The notes under the pieces are model-generated. The model made no database searches and was not told where the DNA came from. It was given only the letters and a program-made list of their open reading frames with translations. A program made the translations under genes and the position numbers. From Mantamonas sphyraenae STR306 (Eukaryota; Protista; CRuMs): a stretch of 64,000 nt of DNA. This document shows positions 1 to 11,600 of this stretch, in pieces. The stretch covers positions 186,001 to 250,000 of the forward strand of contig JAPMXV010000060.1 in the NCBI GenBank assembly GCA_026936335.1, given 5' to 3'. Numbering within the stretch: the stretch's first letter is position 1; each line of letters opens with the position of its first letter.

Positions 1-201
1 AATCAGGTCCATGGTGGCATCGGGCAGTTTCAAGCGCAAGTCGTGTTGCAGCAGGTCCTTCACTTCGTCCTTGCTCAGATCGCGGCCGGCAAACAAGTCC
101 CCAAGCTCAGCCAGGACCTCTTTGTCCAGACCAGACACAAACACGGCAAGGGTTCGATCCTTGGCCAACTGTTTCCACCGAGAGGACGACGATGATGACA
201 T
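1..201 (-). CDS. 5' part of a protein running off the window, possibly EF-hand-like
   Basis: Open frame from the ATG at 201 to the window edge: MSSSSSSRWKQLAKDRTLAVFVSGLDKEVLAELGDLFAGRDLSKDEVKDLLQHDLRLKLPDATMDLI. It is divergent from the gene at 268. The EF-hand resemblance is weak. Confidence 0.5.
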   Translation of the reverse strand, partial: MSSSSSSRWKQLAKDRTLAVFVSGLDKEVLAELGDLFAGRDLSKDEVKDLLQHDLRLKLPDATMDLI

Positions 202-267
202 TGGTGGAAGGGGGGGGGGGGTTGGATGGGAGTGCGCTCGGGCCTGCACAGCACAAAGGTCTCTTTC

Positions 268-1216
268 ATGGTCAGCACCCGGCGACGATCATCACGCACG
301 CGCAAGCAGCAACAAGAGGCAGCTGCGTCGGCTGTGGCCAAGGTGGATGGGGAGGTGGAAGAGCAGGAAGAGGAGCAGGAGGAGACAACAACGACGACGA
401 CAACAACGACGACGAGGACGACGACGCGGACCTCGACCACGAAGCGCAAGCAGCCTCCGCAGAGACGACGGGAGCCATCCAGCGATGATTCAGACTCGGA
501 TTCAGACTCGGACGACGACGCACCCGTGGAAGAGTCGTTTGTGAGTGCCAAGCAAAAGTCAGAAGAGGCCAAGCAGGCTCAGGCCGAGGAATTGCAAAGG
601 TGGGTGCACATGTTCCGCACGCAGGGGCCATGGTCACATGACGGAGACATCTATGGCGCATAGATGGGACACACAGAGTCACTGACACATCATTCTGCCT
701 GTTTGCCATGCCCTGCATGCTTCACACAGGGTCAAGGAGGCAAAGAAGGCCAAGCAGGCCCAGGCCAAGGCTCGCGCGGCCAAGCGGGCCGAAGAGGCGG
801 CACAGAGCAAAAAGAGGAAGCGCAAGGAGCAGACGGCCGAGAAACAGCCACCAGCCACACAGTATCTGAGTGCAGACGTGCTCGAGGGTCTGGGCGAAGA
901 AGAGGCGCAAGCCGAAGAGGAGGAGGAAGAGATGTTGGAGGAGACACTGGCGCGCGAGGGCAAGCGCCAGCGTGTGTTGGCCAGTCGCAAGGACAAGACA
1001 GCAAAGCGACGCAAGGCACAGAGCCAGGGTTTCGATGTTGCTGTGCTGGGCGGGTCGTCGGAAACGGCACGCGCCATGAACTACGTCGGCGGCAAGATTG
1101 TCAACTTTAAGAAGAAGCGACTGCGGGGTACGGTCAAGCGCAAGTCGCTCAACAAGCAACTCGGCAGCCGTGTGGTGCGTGGTGGACCGGCCATCGAGTT
1201 TGTGCGCAGGAGGTAA
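268..1216 (+). CDS. Charged nucleolar protein, NOL7/Bud21 (U3 snoRNP-associated)-like, 2 exons
   Basis: A GT..AG intron at about 599-729 (CTGAC branch site) joins MVSTRRRS..SDDDAPVEESFVSAK..LQR to VKEAKK..LSADVLEGL..EFVRRR. The DDAPxExS and LxxDVL motifs recall NOL7/Bud21. Confidence 0.55.
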
Positions 1217-1292
1217 AGTGGAAATGGACGCAACTATTTTGATTCACACGAAAATATATGCATACGACAAAATACTCTGATTTCATTTTGAA

Positions 1293-1531
1293 TCAAAAAT
1301 TTTGTGGTGGCGGGGGTGGTGGCGGCGGCTGCGGTTGGCCTCCGCCGTACATGTGCTGCTGCTGCGGAGGGGGCGGAGGAGGAGGGGGTTGCGGCTGTCC
1401 ATGATTGGCCCAACCCATGGCCATGCCGTATCCGGTCATGTTGAACTGCGGCGGAGGAGGTTGGCCCCACTGCTGCTGCGGTACGCCCCATTGCGGCGGC
1501 GGCGGCGGAGGCTGTTGGAAAGACTGTTGTG

Positions 1532-1565
<34 letters not shown>

Positions 1566-2772
1566 GGGGGGTGGGGGAGGGGCAAGCTGCTGCAGGTCAT
1601 TGCCACTGCTGCTTGAGCTGCTGCTGCTGCTGCTGCTCTGCAACAACTGTTGCGCCTTTTGATCCTGCTCCACAAGCTCGAGGATGGCAGCTTCGGCGTC
1701 CTTGATCTGTGCAGTGGTGCCCTCAATCACAATCTCCCGCTGTGCGTCTGCGTTGTGGTTGACCCCTGTGCCATATTCCCGACGCACATCCACGTGTGCA
1801 CCTGTGCGTTCCTCAATCTCCCTCACAGTTGAGCCTCCACGTCCAATGACCATGGGCACCGAGATCTGAGGCACGTAGATGGTCTTTGTCATCTTGTTTG
1901 GGGTCATGAACGAGGCCATGGTGATGGCGCCGCTGACGTCGACACCGTTTGCCCCCGTTGCCGAGCGTGACCCCGAGGCGTCCCTCATGCGTGAACCCCT
2001 GCCTCCCGAGTAGGCAGAAGGGTGGGATGGGTCAATGGGTGTGGCTTTGTCGTATGTGTTGAGGATCAACGAGGTCAACGAATCCCCACCTGCTTGTTTG
2101 GCCTTGCGTTCCAAAGACACCAAGGCCATGCTATTGTTGGTGTTGTTGTTGTTGTTGTTGTTGCTCCGTTCATCCGTGAGTGCCTTGAGCACATGCTCTT
2201 TGTTAATCCCTTCCAATCCAATCCCATGTTTGCGTTCCAATTCCGTGTCAATCAGTTCCATGGCGTGTTTGATGGTGGCATCCGTGCCGGTGATGATGAT
2301 CTTCCGTTCCCCTGCCCCTGGCACCACATCCTCCTCCCGTTCAATCTTGATGGTGGCCCCACACTTGGTTTCCATGTCCCTCACCCTCTGTCCCCTCTTT
2401 CCAATAATCGATCCCACCTGGTTGTTGGGAATCTCCAGGATCTTGGTCCAAATGCCACTTCCGCCCGTTTTGGCCTTCTTCCTTGCTGTGTATGCACGTG
2501 TGTGTCCCTCTCCTCCGTGTCAGTGTCTCTGTGTACTCTGTGCCCCTTCACTCTTACCCTTCCCATGCCAACAAACGTACGTCCCCGTCCCAGTTTCATG
2601 GCAATCTGTCGCGCCTTCCGCTGAGCGCGTTGCACTGGCGTCAAAGTGCTTTCGTCCACGTCGTCGTCCTCGTCCTCGTCCTCCACCACCCCTCCCCCTT
2701 CCTCATGCTCATCCTTCTTCTCTTCTCCCTGTCTTTGTTCTTGTGTTTGTGTTCCCCCTTCCACCTGCATGG

Positions 2773-2810
<38 letters not shown>

Positions 2811-2956
2811 GCATCCACCGCCGTCGTGTTGTGCACCGCCCAGAACGAGGCAAAGCTGTCCGTTTGCTGTTCCTCCTCCTCTTGTTCACTCGGCATGCCA
2901 TCGTCATAGCCCAGGCCACGCCTGCGCTTGTTCCCCGTCAGTGAGGATTGGTCCAT
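1293..2956 (-). CDS. KH-domain RNA-binding protein (2 KH domains, Q/P-rich tail), 2 exons
   Basis: KH signatures VGSIIGKRGQRVRDME and VPMVIGRGGSTVREIE. An intron GTACGT..CATACACAG at about 2580-2486 joins ORFs 2381-3013 and 1293-2417. Confidence 0.85.
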
Positions 2957-2993
2957 CTGCGATGAAAGCGCTGTCGGCGCCAGCGCAAAACCC

Positions 2994-3479
2994 ATGGTCG
3001 GTTCTCCCCGCAAGCACCCGCGCCACCCATTTCACGCCGCTCTCCCTTCACTCACACTCACACACACATCCTCATCCACAGAACAACTACGAGCTCAACA
3101 CCATCCGTTACACCACCCTGTTGGTTGCTGCCCTCGGCATTGCCGTCGGCTACATGCTCGACAACACCGCTGTGGCGCAGGGTCAGTTGGGTCGCATTTC
3201 CTCTGCCTGCCCTCCACCACACACACACACACATACACACATCACCCTCCTTTGTGCACACGCCTTCCTCTCCATGAGTGTGGCACCCTATATGTGACCC
3301 TTGTGTGCCTTTATGTCGTCCTCATGAGTCACCAGGGCGTCTCCTTTTCCCAACCCCTGCGTCATCCACGTGTCCCCTCCGTTACCCCCTCCCCCCCCCC
3401 CGCTCACCCACCCTTCCATTCTCCATCCACAACAGAGGTTGCTGGCACTCTGAATGCCGCCTTCCTGCCGGGCTTCTGA
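2994..3479 (+). CDS. 48-aa single-TM microprotein, 3 exons, possibly ATP synthase subunit e-like
   Basis: Exons 2994-2996 (ATG only), 3082-3181 and 3436-3479 with GT-AG sites and CTCAC branch sites give MNNYELNTIRYTTLLVAALGIAVGYMLDNTAVAQEVAGTLNAAFLPGF. AATGAA lies at 3504. Confidence 0.55.
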   Translation: MVGSPRKHPRHPFHAALPSLTLTHTSSSTEQLRAQHHPLHHPVGCCPRHCRRLHARQHRCGAGSVGSHFLCLPSTTHTHTYTHHPPLCTRLPLHECGTLYVTLVCLYVVLMSHQGVSFSQPLRHPRVPSVTPSPPPAHPPFHSPSTTEVAGTLNAAFLPGF

Positions 3480-3537
3480 TGTGATGTGTCCCTCAATTCA
3501 CCAAATGAAGACCCAATGGGGCTTTCGTTCCTTCCTT

Positions 3538-5674
3538 TCATTTGCCTGCCCCCCCTCCCCGCTTGGCTTCGTCACGCTTGTGCTGGTGCCTTCCCACTCG
3601 GTCAAACACGTCCTGTCCCAACAGTCGCGAGGCCTTGGGATGGCCATACTCTGGTTTGAGACTCCACTCCTTGCGCAGCAGGTGTTTGACGGCGTCGTCC
3701 CTGTGAGCTCGTCCAAACACCAGTCGCTCGTTGCTTTCCATCAGCGACTCGTGTAGCATGGACAACACCGACTCATCCTCATCGTCATTCCCACCATCAT
3801 CACCGTCATCATCGCCCTCATCGGTATCATCATCAGTTGCACCAGGATCCCCACTCCTCTTGGTCCCACCCCTTCCCTTTCCCTTGCCACCACCACCACC
3901 CCCACCACCACCACCCCCACCCCCTCCATGGATCTCACCCAGACTGTACATCATCATGAGTGTCTTGGCTTGCATGTTGGACGGGTCTGCACGCAACACC
4001 AACAGCAAATCCTTGCCAGCCTCGTCGTACTTCTGCTGGGCCAGCAACGCCTTGGCACGATTGATGCGATACAAGGGCACGTCTGCACAGTAATCCACTG
4101 CCCTTCCATACTCGTATTGTGCCTGGACAAACAGTCCCCGTCCAAACACGTCGTTGCCAAACATGTTGTGCACCGTCCCCAGCCTGGCCTTCACCGTTTC
4201 ATCCCCACCCTCCAACTCCTCCGCCGTGTGGTAATCTGCCATGGCCAACAACACCTGCTGTTGATACATGTAACAATCCCCACGGTTCAGGTAGAATGCC
4301 GCCACCTGCGGCTGTGCCCGGATCGCCTTGTTGATGAACGTCACCGCCCCGCCGTAATCCCCATCCACCCACGCCTGCAAAGCAAGGTCATTCAGAGACT
4401 GCGCCATTTGAAACTGTAGACGTGCCATGTAGTCGTTGTACGTCTGTTTCAACATCGCATCCGCCTCCTCTGCATCCATCAGCGACAACGACAGCACCCC
4501 GTGTTCGCTCCATCCACTCACCAGTGTTCCCTCCTCCCCCCCATCCTCCTGCACCCCCTCCCCGTCCCCGTCCCCGTCCCCTTGCCCATGTTCCCCATCT
4601 GCACCACCCTTCTCCTGTGTGTTTCCATGCCATTGTCGTTCCACCATGCCCAACGCATGCTGGAACTCCGTAATAGCCTCCGTCACCTGTCCGCTTTGCC
4701 GCAACAGCGTCCCACGTCGAATGTACAAATCCACGTCCAGCTGGTTGATGTCGATGGCATCACTGAGTGTCTGGATGGCCTCCTTGAACTTGCCCAACAG
4801 CGCCAACTGCGTCGCCTTGTCCTTGAACGCCTCGCTGTTCCTCTTCATCCGTTCCAGCAGCACCTGCGCCTCCTCATTCGTCCGATCCATCTTCATGGCC
4901 CGTTCGATGTCCGAATAGGCAGAGCGTAGCTTGCCCATGTCAATGAGCAGTCGTGCACGTATCAACACATACCGGATGTGTGCGTGTTGCTGCAGACACG
5001 ACTCCAACGCCACACAGCTTTCCTCCAGCCTCCCCAGCCCAGCATACGCCAGTGCAAGCCCAAACACATAGTCCACGTTGCTCGTATCCAACTCCAATGC
5101 ATCCTCAAAGTATTGCAACGCACTGTCATACTGCTCCTCGTGCAGTTGCGTTTGTCCTGCGTTGTGTGTGCGTTGCCAGCGCAAATCCCCACCCCCCCAA
5201 TAAACCACTGGTCAGCCAATCATCATCATCCACACGCCCCCGCCCCGCCTCCAACCATCCCCCAGTGCTATAGCCCCGTGTTTCACACATTTCCAACTCA
5301 CCCATCATGTACAGCAACTGTCCCAGACGCTGCGAAAGCTCGGCAACCGTTGGTTCGTCGTCGTCCCCGTCTGCCTTGCCCTGAGACTTGCCATGGTGGC
5401 CATGAGCCCCGTCCTGCCCAACTGACGCTCTCCTCCTCTCCATGCGCTCCTTGCTCACCAACAGTGCTTTGCGGTAGTTGGCCACTGCACTCTTGACGTC
5501 ATACACACGCAGATACGTCTCGCCACGGTTCATGTAAAACACCACGTCCTCCGGATCCAGAAAGATGGCCTTTGAGAACAACTTCAATGCCTCCCCCAGC
5601 TTCCCGTCTTCCAAACATGCCACTGCCTCTTCATTTGCCCTTGCAGCTGCATGCACCGCCTCCCGCGATGCCAT
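3538..5674 (-). CDS. Tetratricopeptide-repeat protein, TTC16-like, 2 exons
   Basis: Many TPRs, e.g. ALKLFSKAIFLDP..FYMNRGETY and FINKAIRAQP..FYLNRGDCY. The intron GTGAGT..CGCAG lies at about 5301-5158. Confidence 0.75.
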
Positions 5675-5763
5675 TCTTCTTGTGTGCACGTGCGCCTCTC
5701 CCTCTCTCTCTGGCCTTGGCCAACCAGGCGCATGCACCCCATCCTGTGACCTCATCCTTCATT

Positions 5764-8623
5764 TCACCTCCTTCGCAGTCCGGTGTTCCCATTCGGCGAT
5801 CCCTCTTCGTTGCTGCTGCCAGTCGATGTGCTTGTTGCTGTGACACCACCCCCTCCTCCTGCACGCAATGCTGCCAGAATCTGGTTCTCCATGGCGCCAA
5901 TGCGTGCCTCCATGCGTTTGGTCAACTTCTCCTCCAGCTTGTTCAGTCGCCTCGTTTGCTCCCGCTGTTGTTGCAACAACAGTGAGTCGTCGTCATCCTC
6001 CTCGTCATACCCCAACACCCCTCCATGGCTCTCCTCCAACCAATTCGCATAGTCCAGCGACGAGTCGAGTCGCGTCCGATCGCCCCCACCCCGGCTCTGA
6101 CTCTGGAAACGCAAGCTCTTTGCCAGTCGCTTGGCCATGCTGGGTTTCTCCTCAGGCAACGATGACGACGAGGAAGACGGTGCCGCAAACGACATCGACG
6201 GCGGACGGTTGCCACCCACACGTCCAGGCACAACCATGGGACGACTGCTGCCAGACTCCACATCGCCCACACCGTTGCCTCCCTCCGAAGACTCGCTGCC
6301 CTCCACCAGTGTGGGAGGCACATAGGACGACGTGTTGCCTCCTTGTTGCTCTCCCTGCTGCTGCTGCTGCTGTTGGTTGGCGAGCAGGGATGCGTCATCG
6401 TCGTCATCCGACAGTTCGTGGTCGCTCTCGTGGGACGATGCCTCACTGCTGAGTTCATCGCCAGAGTCTTCACCCGCCATGCCGTGGTGCTCTTCATCGC
6501 CGCTGTTGTTGTTGCCAGTCCCGGCCTGACGCATGCTGCGGCTCATCATCAGTTGACGGCGACGCTCCTCCCGTTGCTTCATCTTTTGCTCCCTGCGCAC
6601 CCGTTTCACCGTATAGAACGCATCCTCCACGATGATGATGAAAATGTTCAGCACACAGTAGATGAACAGACAGATGAACGTGTACATGTAAAAGTGCGCC
6701 GCAAAGTTGATCACCGGGTCCGCGGCTTGGATCGATTCAAAGGACTCCAGAATCACGTCGCCGTTGAGGATGGAAAACAGGGTGCGGCATGCGTTGTTGA
6801 ACGTGCTGAACCGATCCGAGTACGATCCAAACACAATCATGCCAAACAGGGCGTATCCGATATACAGTGGGCCCGTGCCCGCCACAAAACGCAACACAGA
6901 GGGCACTGCGCGTCGCAGTGTGTTCACCAGCAGGTAATACTTGGGAAAGTACTCAAAGTACTGGATGGCACGGATCCATGTCAGGAACGACGACAGACCA
7001 ATCAGGATCTTTGTGATGCCCTGTTCGTCGAAGCTGTATGTCAGGAACGCCAGGTCGTACACGCTGGCAATGATGTTGAACAGGTTCTGGAAAAAGGTGA
7101 GGAACAGCCACAGGTTGAACATACGCATGCGGTCGCGCAGCGGCAGGTTCTTCGTGCTGTCGTACCGCTTCTCGTGGGACAGCAAATCCTGATTGGTCAA
7201 CAGAGCAATGGCACGCACACGAGCCTGCTCCGACGACCGTTGGAATGCCTTGTACGAACGGTAGATACCACGCACAGTGAGCACCAAGGAGACGGTGGCC
7301 AGACCCAGGATCGACAGCACAATCCATGGGTACGACGACACGCTCAACAGGTAGTCCATGCGTGACCCTTCTCCCTTGCACGTCTCTGGATGCAGCCTCA
7401 GTCGCTGCAGAATGCGTCCTCCGCGCACCTGAAAGTCGTACGTGATCTTCAACTTCCAGTGCCAGCACCGCACTGTGTGATGATGGTGGTGGTGATGATG
7501 GTGGTGACATTGGGACACGTGCGCGTGTGTCAGTCATACCTCCCTCTCTCGTGATTCCATGTGTGTATCTCTCCACCCGCTTACCTGGGTTCGACAGGAT
7601 GTCAAACGTGCTGAACTGGAACGACAGCTCAAAGTACTTGAGCTTCTGAAAGAAGTCGTCGATGTTGTCCTGGTTGATCGCGTCCAGAGGGCCCAGCGAA
7701 TCCGCTTCTGTCAGCGTGTACGTGTCTGTGTTGTGGTTCCCCGACCGCGTGTACGCACAAAGGCAACGCGTGAGCGCCCTCCTCGTCCGCGTTGCACACG
7801 CACACAAGATCCCCACCCCCCCCCTCCCTCTGGGACCCTTGTACACTCGTCCCACCGCCTATTCTCCACCCTCTCATGCATCACCACACACACATGCACT
7901 GTCTGCCACATTTGCGTCATGTGCATCGTCCACACAAACACACCCTCTCGCTTTGCCTTTGGCTCATCAAAAAAAGAGGGCTGAGACGGCACCCGGGACG
8001 AACAAACAAGGCCACGTACCGACCACAGTGGTGCGCTTCTCATGGTGCAGATTGGCCACACGGTCGACGTCGATGTCTGTAAAGCGAGTGACGTTGAGTT
8101 TGACTGGCACCACGGTGTTGTTGGACTGTGTGGGTAGCTTGATGTAGTCCACGCTGTGCTTGTTGAAATTGTAGTACCGTTGCACCGTCGTGTTGAGCGA
8201 ATCCTTCACGTCGTGGTACTCGTAGATGAAGCGTTCAAACCACCCGTCCTTGCGCTCAGAGTCCGGCAGGAAGGCATTGGACCACGATTGAATGCAGGCC
8301 GAGGTGTACCGCGAGTCTCCTTGGTAGATGGCATCCGCCTGAAGGGTGACAAGCACCAGAATGGACAGGTGCAGCAGGATCTTCCAAGGGATTCGACCGT
8401 GTCGCACCAGCTTCTGGTAGGGGTTGAGCAGCACCCGTTCCTCCAGAGGGATGGGTTCCATGGCATGGCTCACAAACGCCAGGAAGCCACTGCCTTGCCC
8501 GGAGCTCCTGCGTGCCCCACTGCTTGCCTGGCCTTTGTCCTGAAGACGGCTGTACCGAGGACGCTCATCCACTTCTGGGGAATCCTGGAACTGCACAGAC
8601 ATTGTTTGCAGCGGGATTTCCAT
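5764..8623 (-). CDS. MCOLN: Mucolipin/TRPML (polycystin-family) cation channel, 3 exons
   Basis: N-terminal LNPYQK..GRIPWKILLH, then pore region FSILNGDVILESF and S6 YMYTFICLFIYCVLNIFIIIVEDAF. Introns at about 8020-7726 and about 7584-7473. Confidence 0.88.
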
Positions 8624-8656
8624 TCAGTTGCTCTCATGCGCGCCCCACAACACCCT

Positions 8657-11600
8657 TCACTCTCCAAACGCATGCTTCACCGCCTCCACAACCTCCCAGT
8701 ACGACTTCTTCTTCAATTGGAGCCCCACACCTTCACCAAGGTCCAACGCACGCAGCGAGGTGCCCTTGGGCAGTGCGTCGATAAACGCCAGCTGGTGAGT
8801 CTTCATCGGTCCATCTGTGGGTGCCCTGTACTCTCCCCCTCCCAGCGTGTAGTCATCGTTCAGGATTTGGGGACTCACGTGAGCACGCAGCATGTCCTGC
8901 AGTCCCTGCAGCAGATGGTATGCCTTGCTGTTGTCGTGTTTGCTCTCGCCTTCTTCTTCATCATCGTGCGATTGTCGTATCAGCAGTTGGGTGCTGTACA
9001 CACGCACCAGCACCGCCTCCACCAACTCCTCGTACGGAATGTCCACAAACTGGTCCACAAAGTATCTCAGCCACACCGTGCCCGTTTGCAACTCCCAGTC
9101 GCCCACTCCGTACGTTGCCCTGGCCGCCGGTCCCAACACCCGCACCCGCTCTCGCATCACCGCATGCACAAAGCACAGTCCAAACAGCAGTTTCTTCAGG
9201 ATGCGTGGCTTCTTGGTATTGCTTACCAGCGACTTGCCCTCCCAATCCACAAACCGCCTTCCGTACATGCTGCGCAGCAATGTGGTGATGCCCCTTTGCT
9301 GCTGCAACACCACCTGCACGCAGTGTCGCACCATCGAGGTGGGCACTCCTCCATCAAGCTCTCTGTCCATCTGCAACCCAGTCTCTGCCTCGTCATGGCC
9401 CACGACCAGGAACGCACGGAATGACGTTGCCACAGGCCATGTGCCCATCCCACCTGCACCTGTCACACGTCCCAACATACCCACACGTCCACTTTGCATG
9501 CGACCCACCTCGGACCAACTCATGCCCCATCCCAACCCCTTGGCCAACACCTCCCACCATTGTCTGTCTGCCAACTCCACGTCACTCAGTACCAACCATC
9601 GACCCTGTTCTGCCACCTCACGTACCAATCCCACACGTTCGTCCGTCACACCTCCGGCCAACGACATCCAATGCACACCATCCTCCGGATCCAAGCCGTC
9701 CATCCCACCCACACCGTCTCCTGTTCCCCCCAGCCTCAGCGACGTGTCTGCCACTCCCGTTTGCATCGCATCCATCACACGTCCATACGCATCCTCGTGT
9801 TCGCCCACCTGCACAAGCAGCACAGGGCGTGTTGGTGTGCTCAGATGCACCGCACTTCGCATCGACGCACGAAACATGTCCACGTCGTGGAGTAGCGGCA
9901 CATGGAGTGCTTGTTCCACGTACGTTGCCACACCTTGGGCCATTCCATGCGGGGCAAGCACTGCCACAAGCAACACCCGTGCAAATGTGCTGCACCGGAA
10001 CGTCCACCCCTGCGGCATCGGTGACGTCCACGCGTCCTCTCGCTCGCTCCACGCTTGCCACGCGTCCGTGTCACTTGCCACATCCTGCTTGATGCCCGAC
10101 AGTCCCACGCCAAGCTCGTCCAACATCACCAGCGTGTGCCACGCTTCAAAGCGAGGCCATTGCACACCGCCGCCTGCTGGTGCTGCTGCCGCCCCCACCC
10201 ACTGTTCCTGCACGTCATCCTCATCCATCTCGATGTCTTCCAGATGTCCAGCCAGTGCCATCCATTCGGTCTGGTTCAGCGTCCCGGCATCCATGTCCAC
10301 ATTCACAGCACACAGGAGGGCAAAGAAGCGTCGGTGGCGTTCCTGCAGACCCGATGCCACGTGTTCCCACACAATGCGTGTGAACAGCGCCAGTCGTTCC
10401 TCACGCTCCATCTTGGCCGTGCTCATCACACCCTTGACAAACAGCTCCAGCGTCCAGTCCATGCCAAACACATAGCCTCTGTGCACCTGCTCCATCATCT
10501 GCATGGCTCCGTACACCATGGCCATCCGGTGTGCCAACACGTGCACCTCCTCGTCCAACGATTCCTGACTCGCGCGCAATTCCAACCGCAGCGTCGCCTC
10601 GCGCTCACGCGCCTTGCGACCCAACCGCCCCAACCGTTGCACCTTGCGCACCTGTTCGTCATCGCCCACAATGTCCATGGCCACCTGTTCAAACAGGTCC
10701 ACCATCTGTGTGCGGCTGCGTCGCGCTTCCTCCTGTGCCGCCAACACGCTCGCCCACACACCCCGTTCGCGGCTGCCGTAGCCCTTTTCCATTGACACAC
10801 ACGCCGCACGCACAAACAGCTCTTCTGCCACGGCCTCGTTCAGGCCAAAGTGCACCACGTTCAGCCACTGTTGCATCTGTGTGTCCAACCCCGCACCTCC
10901 GTCCTGACAACTCAGGAACAGTTGGAACGACGCGTTGAAGTGCACCACGCGCGTGCCCACGTGCACCACACGTGCTCCCTTATGCAGAAACACCTCCTTG
11001 CGCACCAACGCATGCAACTCCACAGGGATGTCCGATGGCACGTTCTCAAGCACCACCGTCCGTCCCTCCTCCACACACTGCCCCAGCACATCCAGCCAAT
11101 GCTCCTCGGAAGCCGTCTCGCTTCCTCCCCCTCCTCCTCCTCCTCCTCCTCCTCCTCCTCCTCTATCCCCCGTGTCTTCCTTCACCTCGCTTGGTCCGCC
11201 ACTCTCTGGGTCCCTGGCATCCATCGCATCCTCGTCCTCACTCCGCTCGTCGGAATCATCGTTGCCACCCGTGTGCATCTTGTCGTCACAACGGAGCACC
11301 ACTGCATGTTCACCCTTGGCCCCCAACAGGGACAGGAACGCCACCGTGGCACACTCATGCGGGTCCAGGGCAAACACCCATTCTTTGTCGTCCCGCTCAC
11401 ACAACAGCAGGTTGTCCACACCCACCGCGTGCTCCATCCACGCACGAAATCCACTGGCCTTCCAACGGTGCATACGATCTGCATCGCCCACAAGTTCCGC
11501 CATCGCCCCGGGCGAGGCAATGTCTGACCACACCTCCAGATCGTGGTCTTCCACAAGGCCCACCCACTGTTGCACCATGCCCTCACGTGCATCCTGATGC

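Noticed and set aside
7476-7510. Poly-His tract at the start of ORF 5764-7518
   Set aside because: It lies in mucolipin intron 2 as a CAT/CAC microsatellite before the acceptor.
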